Position numbers and translations under genes: made by a program | In this document: piece by piece, positions 1 to 12,373 of the stretch | Layout of the letters: every line of letters begins with the position of its first letter | Position numbering within the stretch: the first letter of the stretch is position 1 | The notes under the pieces: model-generated | What the model was told of the DNA's origin: nothing | Seen by the model: the letters and a program-made list of their open reading frames with translations, nothing else | The model's database searches: none | NCBI GenBank assembly: GCA_965645245.1 | Contig: OZ287070.1 | Coordinates: 496,001 to 560,000 of the forward strand | Length of the DNA: 64,000 nucleotides | Reading direction: 5' to 3' | From: Massalongia carnosa | Taxonomy: Eukaryota

Positions 1-1023
1 GAGTGAGAGGAAATACAGTCAACCAGAGAACGACATGCGAGTCGGCGGGGTAGCCTGTACAGCCGGCGTATTGCTCATCGCCGAAGGATTTGACCATAAT
101 GGGGTTGTCTAAGGTTCCTATTTGCATTTGGTGTCAGCAGCAGGCTTGGGCTGAAACTCCTCCAGTCTCTTTCTTCTCAAAACTTTGTACTCAACGCCCG
201 CTCGATATCCCAGGACCTCCCCAATTAAAATCTCCTCATATAACCACAACTCCCCAGCTCAATCCCTTTTTTCCCTTTTCACATAGCCTCAAGAAACCCA
301 AAAAAACACAGCAAAAGAAAAACGCACACACCTTTCCGCGAGGCATCCAGAGGTTTCATATCAAACACATCAATCCCCTGCATCTTGCCCAATATCTCCA
401 GTCGCTCCAACCCCGTAGCTTGCTCAAGGTCCGTGGGTACGGTGCCGGGCTCTGCGCCGGGCCCATAGAGGTCGTCAAAGGATTTGACTTCTGTATAGAC
501 ACGCGCGGGAAGCTCGGGGAATTAGTGAGTGTGGTTTAGACGAGATAGATAATGCGAATAGCGTGGAGAGCGCGTTGGAGATAGGGTTTTGCAAGGAGGA
601 TGAGGTATGCGCGTGAAGTAAAAACGCCACGCTCTTCATCGTCCCCCTCCCTCCCCCCCCAAAACCCTCCAATCCTCCAGGAGATCAAAACCCCCAGCCA
701 AGCATACCTTCAAAAGGAACCATCCGCTTCACAGGCGCCGATCCCTCCGCATCCTTAGGTTTCGCCGCCTCCGCATTTCCTAGATGAACAGAGTAGGAAA
801 GTCAGCATCAAGGAGCGCTACAAATTGCAAAATGGGGTGCAGAGTAGGAAAGTCAGCATCAAGGAGCGCTACAAATTGCAAAATGGGGTGCATAGAAGGG
901 GAAAGGGAGGGAGAGAAACCCACGGCGCACAACAGAGAAAGAGATGAAGCTGCGCTGCACCGCTACGGGCGGTACGATGGCGGCGCGCCGGGCGAGGGCA
1001 ATGGCTGAACGGCGGAGTAACAT
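1..1023 (-). CDS. COX4: Cytochrome c oxidase subunit 4 (COX5B family), 3' end outside window
   Basis: Spliced exons 1023-924, 779-708, 490-332 and 117-17 (GT-AG introns). They give a mitochondrial presequence MLLRRSAIALARRAA, then PGAEPGTVPTDLEQATGLERLEILGKMQGIDVFDMKPLDASRKGTLDNPIMVKSFGDEQYAGCTGYPADSH. Confidence 0.93.
789..892. repeat. Perfect 51-bp tandem duplication inside COX4 intron 1
   Basis: 789-839 is identical to 840-890; each copy contains GTCAGC (branch site GCTGAC on the minus strand). Confidence 0.95.
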
Positions 1024-1794
1024 GCTGGTATTTTGTGATTGGGTGTTTTAGGGTGGAGTGGTGAGGTGAGGTTTCTGGATGTTCGGGTACGAGAGATGGT
1101 CACGTGTTATTGATTCTTTCGCGAGGAGGTAACAAACGCTAGGCTTGTTTTGGAACGAGGTACATGGAGGGTTGAGCTAATCGGTAGGGAAGGGAAGCGG
1201 TCAGGCAGGGTCGCATGGTTTTTGGGGGAGAGAAGATGCCAATCAGGGAGGACCACGTTGAAAGACATCCTAATTCTGGATAAACACTTTGGAAAGGATA
1301 GGAATAGGTGGGCAGAGTTGGGCAAAGGTTGATATACATATATCGAACCATATCGCTCACGGAATGCTTTCCAAACTTCCTTCCATTTATATTACTCAAC
1401 TATTTATCCTTTTTGAGCATATTGAGAATAATCCGTTCTTCTCATTCCTTCTCCTCTCCTTCTCCTCCTCGATCATCGTCCTTTGATATCTCCTCCACCA
1501 CCTTCATCAAACACAAAAAATAGGCTAGGTATCAAGTACCCACGTCCCAGGTTGCCATGTAGAGAAAAAGGCCGAGCAAGTCATGCTCGTATCTCGCTTT
1601 ATCATATCCGCTCCAGCCGTTCCAACGAGAGTGCACTTCTTGCGCTGACGCATGAAGCAGCACATCGGATGTTATCCGAACTATGCTTGTCGCCGGGTCG
1701 GCCGGAGTAGGTCATCGGGGAACCAGCCCCGATTAGTCATTACGGAAATTGATCGCATGAATATGCTGTATCAACTTCTGCCTCTTTGGTTCAC

Positions 1795-2643
1795 TCATCT
1801 CCTGCGGAACTCGGCGCGTCGACTGGTACGGGTTTCGGGTTCGGAGTCGCTGTCGGATTCCTCGGTGCTCGAACAGCCGGATGAGCTATCGTCGCTGTAC
1901 CCACATCGGCTTCCGCCGCAGTCAAGCTTAACGCGGTCGCCCTTGCGCGTGACGCCGTAGCGGTTGCATCGGCAGGATCCAACGCTGGAGGGGTCGCTGA
2001 GGGACGAAAGCGAGCTTCCTCCAGAACTCCGGCTTGAGATGTCGGAACCGATCGATGAGGCGGGGCTCACTTTGCCGAGCTTGTTGTAGAGGGAGGCCTG
2101 TTCGAGCTGAGCGGTCACGTCATCCAGACCCGGAGAAGTGCTGTAGTCTGCCTCGCGGACGCGACGGGAAGCATAAGGCTTCGAGGGCTTCGGGTGAATG
2201 ATCTTGCTCGGGGAAAGAGAACGGCCCTTGGGGATCTCCATCGACTGCCGATTGGCGCCGCGCTTGGGGGCGACGGCAGCGACCGGAGCGGACGACCTCG
2301 GTACATCAAGAATATTCAAGAAGCGACCGGTAGTTGGCTCCTTGGTGGACGGTTGAGCTGGATCGTGAGAAACATGATAACCGTCCATGATGTACTAATT
2401 CCACATTAGTCAATAGTCCCGAACGATCGGACACCGGACAGTATGACATACGTAATACCAGTATCGCTGACCCTGCCTGAGTGACGAGGTCGAGAAGCGA
2501 AAGGTACCTTTCCATCCACCGGACTTGGAGGCGTCTTTGGAAAGAGGAAGTTGACCGGAGTAGTTGTCCCATGATCCGAGTAGATGAGCGGTCTTGACGT
2601 TTGCAGAAGTGCGAAGAGTGAACGATAATTGAGTGGCAGCCAT
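1795..2643 (-). CDS. esdC: EsdC-like protein with N-terminal CBM48/AMPK-beta-type glycogen-binding domain
   Basis: Exons 2643-2452 and 2394-1795 (57-nt intron GTATGT..ACTAAT..TAG), ~263 aa. LRTSANVKTAHLLGSWDNY..RYWYYYIMDGYHVSHDP..EPTTGRFLNILDVP matches Aspergillus EsdC as recalled. Confidence 0.85.
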
Positions 2644-3108
2644 TATTGATGATTTGTTATGATGTAATTAAAAACGGGTTGAGTATTTCGGTGGTCGTTG
2701 GTCGTAAGGCTGCTGTTGTTGAGGGCTACCGGAGCACATAAACAATTGTACGGATGCAGAAGAAAACCGCGTCGATGAGCCGAAAACACTGAAAGAACAG
2801 ACGCACGTCCTATGAATACCTCAACGATGGCAATTCGGTATGGGCGAGCGAACAAGAAGAATTTGCAGCAAAGAAGCAGTCGACCGGCGACAACAAAGTC
2901 CGAGAATTAATTGAGGTGGAATATAAAAAAAGAGCACAGCTCGGGAGGGGAAAAAATGCAAGTACGAATTACTAAGGATAGCTCAAGGAAGTGGACGAGA
3001 GGCTTGCTAAAGAAAGAAATGGGAGAAGGAGAGAGGTGGAGCGCTTCTTTATGTTTGAGAAGATGGGTGGCACCCTAATGGTCCCTTGAATTTCGTGCAT
3101 GGTCATCA

Positions 3109-3500
3109 CTGCAGTTGCAGGTGCAGGTGCAGGTGCAGAGCGGGTGCAGCGAGTGCAGCGAGTACAGCTGAGAATGGAGAGAATGGAGTGATATTAAATG
3201 GGTGGGCGCTTAAGTTGGACCATTGGTGAAGCGAGGACGATAGTCGAGGGTTTCGGGTTGGCCGAAAGGAGGAGAAAGGGGAGATGGGGTGCAAATATGG
3301 GGATAAATGTGGGCAAATGTGGGGGAGTGTGGGCAGAACAAGATGTGGGGGTGACGATAGAGAGAGCACAAGACGGAAGACAAAGGGGGAAAGGAAGACT
3401 GGAGAGCTGAACAAGTGCAAGTACAAGCGCAAGTGCAGGTGCAGGCGCAGGTGGAGGTGGAGGCGCCCAAAATAGAAACGATGGATGATGGATGATGGAT
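3109..3500. repeat. Simple-repeat region: two (TGCAGG)-type arrays flanking a purine-rich tract, then a (GAT/GATG) run
   Basis: TGCAGG repeats at ~3109-3160 and ~3411-3460; GATGGATGATG at 3480-3500. Confidence 0.7.
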
Positions 3501-3530
3501 GGTGGTCTACTAACACTTAGGGCTAGAGTA

Positions 3531-3618
3531 TAGCGTATTTTAGCGTATTTTAGCGTATTTTAGCGTATTTTAGCGTAGTTTAGCGTAGTTTAGCGTAGTT
3601 TAGCGTGGTATAGCGTAT
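3531..3618. repeat. 10-bp minisatellite TAGCGTA(T/G)TT x9
   Basis: 4x TAGCGTATTT, 3x TAGCGTAGTT, then TAGCGTGGTA and TAGCGTAT. Confidence 0.95.
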
Positions 3619-4125
3619 GCAAGGTGATGGGTCTAGCCTCCGGGGTACTAGTGTCGAAGCGGGGTTGTGCTTGGTGATCCCTTGTCACCCCAATCATGAT
3701 GCCTGATTCATCAATAAAAAATGGAGCTACGTGCATGTCGATAGTCCGGCTACCAAACCTAGCCCCTTTACGTGCTAGTGCCCAATGTTTGCCCCCTTGC
3801 ACTAACACAAAATATCTCTCTTAGTCAGAGATAGGTATCTAATGCGCACAAATCGTACAAAGTCGGTCGATGGCTACCTTCCTATTCGACCTCACGTGCC
3901 ATCATGCCTGGACCCTCCTATCACCCCGACCCAAACACCATCGCCATGCCTAAAGATAACACTTCCAGAATCGATAAACCGCGATTGGGGAATGGGCCTT
4001 ATGGCGCCGAAACCCTCGAATAGGTGGATCGGATGCTGACGAAAATAAAGGAAAACATTGAACATGACCCAAATGAAGAAGAGCCGTCACCCTTGGCAGC
4101 GAGGGGCGTGCAGATGGATGAAAGC

Positions 4126-7100
4126 TTATCGAACAGTGATACCAGATCGTTTGGTGTACATCCGGGCGGCGATATTCATCGAAGCGAGCTCTTGGAAGAG
4201 CAGCTTAGCCGCATACGGAATATGTACCTGAGAGATCCGTGTCTTGTTCTTGCAAGGCCGGCACTCAAACGTGTTCTTCTTCAGGTTTCTGACGTCATGG
4301 TTAGCGCGACAAGCCCCCCCAAGCTTCACCCCCAATGCGATGTGACTTACGCAACCGGCGTCATCAGCCCACAGATATCGCAGATGTGGACGCGAAAGGC
4401 GTCCGACACCTCGAATAGCCGCTCTTTTAAGAATGCACTTGCACCGTGCGAGATCATGCAATCGCGCTCCATTTCCCCAAACCGGAGTCCACCATCTCGG
4501 GCTCTTCCCTCTACAGGTTGCCGAGTGAGGATCTGCACCGGTCCTCGGGCGCGAGCATGGATCTTGTCGTCGACCATGTGTCGTAGGCGCTGGTAGTAGG
4601 TGGGACCCAAGAAAACTTGGGCGACCAGCTTACGGCCCGTGTGACCATTGTACATGACCTCAAAGCCCCGGGATTGGTAGCCATGTTCCCGTAAGAGCCG
4701 GGAAACCGAATCGACGGTGACTTCGGTGAAGGGGGTAGCGTCCCCCTCGAATCCACGAAGAGAGGAAACCTTGCTCAACTGGCACTCAATCAAATGAGCA
4801 ATCGTCATTCGCGAAGGGATCGCATGAGGGTTGATAATGAGGTCCGGCACGACACCTTCGCTGGTGAAGGGCATATCTTCTTGGCGGTACGTGATTCCAA
4901 TGGTGCCTTTCTGCCCATGACGGGAAGCAAACTTGTCCCCAATTTGAGGAATTTTAGTGGTTCGCATGCGAACCTTGACGAACCGGAGGCCTTCAGCATT
5001 CGTGGTTAGAAGGACTTGATCAACGATGCCGTTCTCAGTACTTCGTAAGGGCGTGGAGACATCACGCTTGACATGCAGTTTTGTCCGTTGGCCAAGCTCT
5101 TCGGCGTCTGGAGCGATGGGTGCTGTCTTCCCGATGATAATGTCTTCGCCTGTTACTCGAACGCCAGGAGGAACAATGCCATCGTCATCTAGTTTGTCAT
5201 AAGTGCCATGCTTGAGTTTCAACGTGTCGCTTTTCATAGGCTTTTCAAACTGCTCCACTACAGACATTCCAATCCGCTTCTCCTGATCCGTATATGATCG
5301 ATAAAACAAACTTCGGAAAAGTCCTCGGTCAATGCTGCTCTGGTTCATGATTACCGAGTCTTCTTGGTTGTATCCTGAATAGCAAGCAATAGCCACAATC
5401 GCATTCTGCCCAGCTGGAAGTTCTCGGAACTTGAGGAATTCCATCGACCTCGTGGTGGCCAAAGGTTTCTGGGGGTAGTATAGAATGTTCGCCATGGTAT
5501 CCATGCGCTGATCATAGTTGGTGAGGAAGACTCCCATAGCTTGTTTACCCATAGCAGATTGATAGGTATTTCGGGGAGACTGGGATTATAGTTAGCATCA
5601 AAGAGCCTCAGCACAAGGACCAAATATACCTGATTATGATCTGGAAATGGAATGATGCTCGCACATATCCCAAGAATCATACTGGGATGAATCTCGCAGT
5701 GCGTCCATGTATGTGCTGTTGGATTTAGAGGCGCCTTGACTCGTTTGTTGGGATCATCAAGCGAAGGCTCTGGTAAGGCGTATCCTGCTCGTAACTGCCT
5801 GGAAATCTCCAGATCTTCTGGCGTCATGACGATCATAACAGTTTCCTCCTCTTCAGCATCAACATACTCCACCACCCCTTGGTTCACTAGCCCATCCCAG
5901 CCCATAAATCTAGCTTCCCGTTCTTCAGGTTCCAAGTCTGCACTAAGTTCCTTGTCGTCTTCGAGTTTATTAATGTGTTCCTTGGTAAGGACGAGATTAC
6001 CGCAGTTGGGACTTTTCGGATCATTTTCAATGACGAATAGCGGCCGACAGACTCTTCCAGCATCCGTAAAGATCTTGAATTCGCGATCACGAATATCTCG
6101 TACAAGACTGACTTCGTGAGATATCATATGTCGCCTCCGCAATGACAGCACGGTGCTGACAAGGTGAGCTGGATCTCGATGGATGCCAACCCAAACCCCA
6201 TTGACAAAAACCTTAGTTGCGTTTGGAGAGCGTAGAGGCTCATACTCTTCGAGTACTTCCATATTTCTCTGAATCATGAAGTCAATGATAGGTTCGCTTG
6301 GGGTGCCGACGGTGATGTAGCACATCAGCGCCAGATTCTTTACGAGCCCACAAGCCTGTCCTTCTGGCGTTTCGGCTGGGCAGACTAAACCCCAATGCGT
6401 GTTATGTAACTGTCGTGGTTTTGCTATCTTCCCATCACGGCCAATAGGAGTGTTTGTACGCCGAAGATGTGAAAGCGTAGAAGCGAATGTATAGCGATTC
6501 AGTACTTGAGAGACACCGGCTTTAGATGAGGCGGCCTTTTTCTGGTCACCCCAGTTACCAGTAGCCAGAGAGTATTTCAGACCATTCGTCAACGTTGTAG
6601 ATTTAACACCAAGGGTTAAATTAAACTCACGATTGGTTTCTACACACTTTTGAAGGTATTTATAAACATCCTTGGTCAGTTTGTTGAACAGCATGCGAAA
6701 AAGTCCAGCAAGCAGGGGACCGGCGAGATCCAGACGCTTTTTCCCAAAATGATCTCGGTCGTCGACTTCCCTTCGACCCAGAGCACATTGTAACATTCGA
6801 TGCACCATATAACCAAGGAAAAAAGCCTTTCTCGTCTCACTACCTTCAACTTGTGAGATATGGGGAAGAAGCTCTTTCTGCATAATATCACGTGCATACT
6901 TGATCCGTTTCTCCCGAGTGACACCTGAAGAATTACCTCGTTTTCCGATGAAGTCAAGAGCAACCTCGCGATCCTGGATCACAAAGGCTTCTTCAATACA
7001 AGGCTTAAGCATTTCCAGCATTTGGGTGTCGCTGCGATCGTAACAAATATGGTTTAGGATATCCTCGTCGGAAACAACACCCAGAGCCCGAAATACGATA

Positions 7101-8008
7101 GCAATTGGAATTTCCGACTTGATGTAAGGCAAGGTTGACTTGATGGTCTGGCCAAACCCACCTTTGGATCCCTCGCCCTTTGCGAACAGCTTGATCTGCA
7201 TACTCGATATTAATCTAGAGCCCTTTTCAACAGCACTACGGATCTCCGCGACAAATGGTGTTGCGTTAGGAGGTGCTTTCTTAAAGACTTGTACGATGTT
7301 GGCTGCGCTTCGCTCTTGCGCAATGAGAACCTTCTCGCTGCCGTTGATAATAAAGTATCCCCCTTGATCATAAGGACATTCATCCCAATTGTATAGCTCT
7401 GCCTCTGTAAGATCTTTGAGGATGCAGTACTTTGACTTCAACATAATGGGTAGCTTCCCCACAAAGACTTTGGTTGGCTCCTGATCATCTTCACCTCCAT
7501 CCTCATTCTCCCAAAGGAGATTTGAGCCGCCTGGCTGCTTTTGTGTTTCTGCTTCCGACCCAGGCTCTTCATCACCAGGCTCAAGCACTGGCCGCTCACG
7601 CGCCACCGAAACTTTCTTTGTCATCTCAAGGTATAACGGACTGGAATAAGTAAGGTTTCGCAAACGAGCTTCCTGTGGCAACATAGCGCTAGTGCTTCCA
7701 TCACCCTCAGTCATAGCTGGCCTCGAAAGTAGAACTGTTCCGAACTTGATTTCGTATCTTCGGGCAGCGAGCCGGTCTGACTCGTCCTCAACCGGGGGCG
7801 AAGCCTGGTCTAGCGTGAGAAGCGAGTTCTCTTCCACCAGCTCTTGCATGGTCGTTGAGACAAACTCGTCAAACGAGTCCAGCTGCTGCGACACCAAGCC
7901 CTTGGTGTCGAAGAATGACGAAATCACGGTCCAACAGTCCTCGGCAGTGATGCCCTCATCTTCCTCTTCAAGATAGCCCTCGTCATACGGTTCTTCGTAA
8001 GCCGCCAT
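4126..8008 (-). CDS. RPB2: RNA polymerase II second-largest subunit
   Basis: Exons 8008-5630, 5579-4351 and 4288-4126 (introns of 50 and 62 nt). Motifs [58 protein letters not shown] and the C-terminal Zn finger. Confidence 0.99.
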
Positions 8009-10563
8009 ATTGGCCTGAGCTAAATATGAATGAGAATCAGAATAGCTGAACGTTGAAACGATCTGGACACTAAGAGTCTTGGCCTGACGCTTCAGCTAGT
8101 CGCTTGGTCGTTGTCACGGAACAAGGGACAATAGCTTTTTAACCAAGTTTAGTAAAGTTGGTGTTCTGACTTTACCCTTGGTAAGAGTTCTGCGAAAAAC
8201 CCATCATCCTCTGACACAACCGCTGGAAGAGAACCTTTTAGCTCGTGAAGATAGTCGAGGTGATTTAAATGACAATGCGCGCTAGGAATATTTTAGTTAT
8301 GCCGCCTAAAACAGACTAGCACGAGAAGGCGGGAGCGCTGGGTAAATAGGTCTAACGGATTCAGATAACCACGGCTTTCTCTACTTTGGCTTCGGACCTC
8401 TTAGTGAGAGGCAATTCTGGCATGACCGCTCATCTGTATTCTTCCACAGCTATTTCATTCTTTCTAATAGAGTTATCTAAGCTTGTGTTATGCCAGAAAG
8501 GTTTTTCTACTTAACAACTACGATGGGGCTTTACATACCTTCTCACTACCGCCTAAGTGAATTTGCATCGTATCATTTTAAAAGGCAAAGCAACACCGGT
8601 CGATCAACCATCTGCATTGGTGTGGTATTGACCGCAGTAACAGCCATGCCAAGATATTTGGATGGCGTGATCATACTTTTTCTTTGTTAACCACTCTCCC
8701 TAAATAGGTGAGATTGTATCTGAGATTGTATTTGAGATCGTATTTGACTTTGAGCGGCAGATCATGATATCAAATCCGTGCATTGGTACGAGCTAGAGCA
8801 GCATCTTGCCATAAAACTCAATGGTAATACACACAGCATATCTTCAGCTCTTACGAACGATCTATATATTTCCTGCATTCCTGTAAGCTAGAGTATGAGG
8901 CTCTATTTTATTTTGATGACGAGTGTGATTTGAGTTTCTTCAGACGTTTTTGTATTTTAAGCAGCCTAAAGGCTCCTCACCAATCATTTACCAAAAAAAA
9001 GTGATTGCTTTGCCAACAGTCTTATACGTCTTACATCCAATCCTGAGAGGCGTGCTGTGTAGCTGACAGAGATAGGTTGGATTCTTCGTGGTGGGAAGAG
9101 ACGCTGCACTATCGTATGTAGGACTACTACTTTTTAACCGTCACTGACATTACTCCGAAGATTCTGCTACTTCCTTTCTAATACCCCTGTGGAACAGCAA
9201 GAAACATGTCTGGGGGCAGACACACCCGAAGCCGAGAGTTCAATATGCATTGCTAAGCTCCGTCTAGAGTTCATTGCCAAGGCCCCTCTCTGGAGGCATA
9301 GTGATGGGAAGACGCCGTCAATACAGTTGAATCGGTAGATGTGCAGTATCATACCTGCCTTTCATGCTCATTGCAGACAACTTCATTGCCAGGGAGTTGT
9401 ACGATACCTATTAAGGATTTGGAAGGAGCATGTCTCATGAGCCAACAGGCAGCGATCTGGGGAATCCTTTAATATCAGCCACCAACATCAGGCTTCAGAC
9501 GGGCCTGGTGGCTCAACTTCGATGTTCGAAGGAAAATCCTTTGCTTGGAAGCTAAAAGATCGATGTGATTGGATTTGGTTGGGCACATCGCAGTATATGG
9601 AAAGGTATGGCAAGTTGTTGTTTTAATATCTTACGAAGACGTTTCTATCTGCCGAACACACAAGAGAAAGAATTCGTGAAGAATTTCTTCATGCAGGGAC
9701 AGCGCTATCAAGGCGCTATAGGACAGCAATCTTCAAAATAGACAAGGGCCCTTCTAACGCACGGGCAATGCCGCCACCCATGCGGCATTGGTAAAATCTA
9801 GATGATCGGCGATGTCGAGAAAACTTCGATTGTGATATTTGGTATATTTCCACCGAGATTCGACTTGAAGTGTGTCACATAGGGCCTGAAAGCTCATCGG
9901 TAGCGGCTGAGCAAACACATTGCATTGTATAGATGCTTGACAATACACGTTCCTTCTCTTTTACAGACCAAGCATCCAAGCTCTTTCTCCGAGGCTGTCT
10001 TAGCTCTCAATGCTGCCAGAATAAATTCTGCTTATCTTCTGGATACGAATTCTCAAGAATCCTTCTGTGGTAGTAGAGGTTTATCCATTTCTGGAACCCA
10101 GTCAATGACAGGCTCGCTCACAATCAATAGTTTTTCATCACCTTTGCCCCGCTTTGACTCCCTTCAAGCTCCATTATCTTCGCAGACTAGATTCAATGCA
10201 GTCAATAATAGAAGATGGTGAGAGCTGAATATGTCTCCGGATTTACAGGAGCCACAAGCGTCAATATCAGCGACCGCATTCACCATGAGATCACCATCAG
10301 GGAGTAGGAACCTTTACAATTGGATATGACCAACAACCTGATGTCGCAGGATGTGGCCCGTCATCTTCAGTCGGTGCAGGGTAGGGGACCGGCCGAATGA
10401 CTACTTAATGAGCTCTTTCTGCTGTTTTTGTCCCATCAGTTCACCATCCAGCAGTACCTATTACAACTCCCCCCCCGATTTCCCTCAATCACAACCTCTA
10501 CAATTTCTCCTCTACAAATTATTCTTAGTCCCATAGTTTCAAGGAACTCTTCAGACAAGAACG

Positions 10564-11235
10564 ATGCTCCAAACACTCTCCATCGCCTATGGGCTTTTGC
10601 TCTCAGCGAGTGCAGCACAGGCATTAGTCCTTGGCAGCACAGCGCAAGCATTCGGCGTCTGCGCATCCAGCACAGTCACAAATGTAGGCTCTACCGTCAT
10701 AAACGGCAAGCTCGGCCTCACGCCAGGAACCTCGACTCCCGGCTTCCCCCCGGGAACCGCCACCGCGATTGAAATCAACACTCCTAGCGCCACCGCGTGC
10801 CACAATCAAGCCGCGGCCGCCTACGGCTCCTGCCTCGCCGCCATTACCACCACCGACCTGACAGGGACTACGCTCGGCGGGCTCACGCTCGGGCCGGGTG
10901 TGTACAATTTCAATGGGGGCGCCAACTTGAATGGCATCCTTCATCTTGATGCGGCCAACAACCCGGCCGCGCAGTTCATCTTCAAGATCGCAACGACGCT
11001 AGTTACGTCCGCTAGCTCGCAGGTGGTGCTGCAGCGCGGGGCCAAGGCGTGCAATGTCTTTTGGTGTGTGGGCAGCTCGGCGACCATCGGGGGCACGAAC
11101 ATCTTCAAGGGCACCCTAATCGCGTACACTTCCATTGGGGTCGGCTCCTCCACGTCGGATGTGGGGGGATTTTTCGCGCTGAATGGCGCCGTCACCCTTG
11201 ATAATGATACCATTTCCAAGCCGGGCGCTTGCTAG
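10564..11235 (+). CDS. Secreted DUF3494 ice-binding (antifreeze)-family protein, intronless
   Basis: Signal peptide ending ASAAQA; motifs FGV.ASSTVTN.G.TVING.LG..PGTS..GFPPG, LGGLTL.PGVY, QFIFKI.TTL, A.NVFW.VGSSATIG, F.GT.IA.TSI and GAVTLDND.I. Confidence 0.93.
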   Translation: MLQTLSIAYGLLLSASAAQALVLGSTAQAFGVCASSTVTNVGSTVINGKLGLTPGTSTPGFPPGTATAIEINTPSATACHNQAAAAYGSCLAAITTTDLTGTTLGGLTLGPGVYNFNGGANLNGILHLDAANNPAAQFIFKIATTLVTSASSQVVLQRGAKACNVFWCVGSSATIGGTNIFKGTLIAYTSIGVGSSTSDVGGFFALNGAVTLDNDTISKPGAC

Positions 11236-12373
11236 ATTTTGGGTAGGGGTTACCGTGCTGAGATGGAGTTTGGCCGCTATCTTCCGCTCACACAGTGGCC
11301 CACGATCGATTCTTGTGAAGAGGAACTGAGGAAGGGCCGTAGTACAATGATGAGCAAAAAGAGCAGAATCAATCACGTTGACGAATAGGAAATCCTTCTC
11401 TTTTCATCTTAACCCCACGCTCTTTGTTTCCCTCTTTCTTTTAATCTCTTATCTCTTTTCCATAGACAAAGCCAACAAACAGAGCACACGCGAAAGAGCC
11501 GAATGATGAGACAGATAGGGTTGCCGTATAATATCTACGTTTACATCGCACAACATCTCGTATTTCTGCTTCGTGAACCTCTCCCCATGCAGGAACGCCT
11601 CCAGTTCTATGAGCGGCTCCTTCCGGGGATGAACCGGATAAGTTAGGGCCGATCTGGTATCCTTAGGGTCCGCCCTTTTCTTCAGCCCTCACCCCGTTCC
11701 CATCGCCCTCCCATCTACATTGATGTAATGCGACTCACTAGAAGATTCGTGATATCAATTGTAAAAAATGCACGTGTTGCATTGATGATCAAGGAGCAAC
11801 AAGAGTCGGACTTTTCTGCGAAAGAAAAGGCAATGATTTGTCTGTCCTTTTTCACCCATCCCATACTCCTCCATCCCTGACCAATGAAGGTCTTGAGCAC
11901 GTGAATGATATCGAGCCTCCGAAAAGCGGCTCTTGCGAGTGTGGCAACTTGGCGCTTTATTGTATGGGGAATAGCTCCAGCGTGCGAGTAGGCCGTTTTC
12001 GGATCACCATGCCTTATCCCCGAAGGTAACTACATGCCATGTCTCTCAACTTCGGGGTATGATGTATTAAAACACAATGTGGCCATGTATTTATTGTATA
12101 CGGATTTGTTTAGAAGGAGTGACTCTTCGCATCCACGCAGCCATCAATAGATTCAACTTCACTTTCTCATTTCTAGGTTCTACTACTTTAGAGAGCTTGA
12201 ATATCTTAGTCTTTCATTAGATATCTTCATTCTCGTATATATGACTATCGAATATCATCCTTAAAATACTCTGCACAAGGCAAAGCAAGCAAGCAGACCA
12301 GCAGCACACCGTGAACGAAATCCGTCCATGAGATAGCAAAACTATTCCTGGCGATTCAGCCAATCCCAGCGCA

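Noticed and set aside
3106..3516. ORFs with HLHL/CTCT repeats
   Set aside because: Translations of simple repeats.
4024..7976. Plus-strand ORFs overlapping RPB2
   Set aside because: Antisense shadows of a conserved gene.
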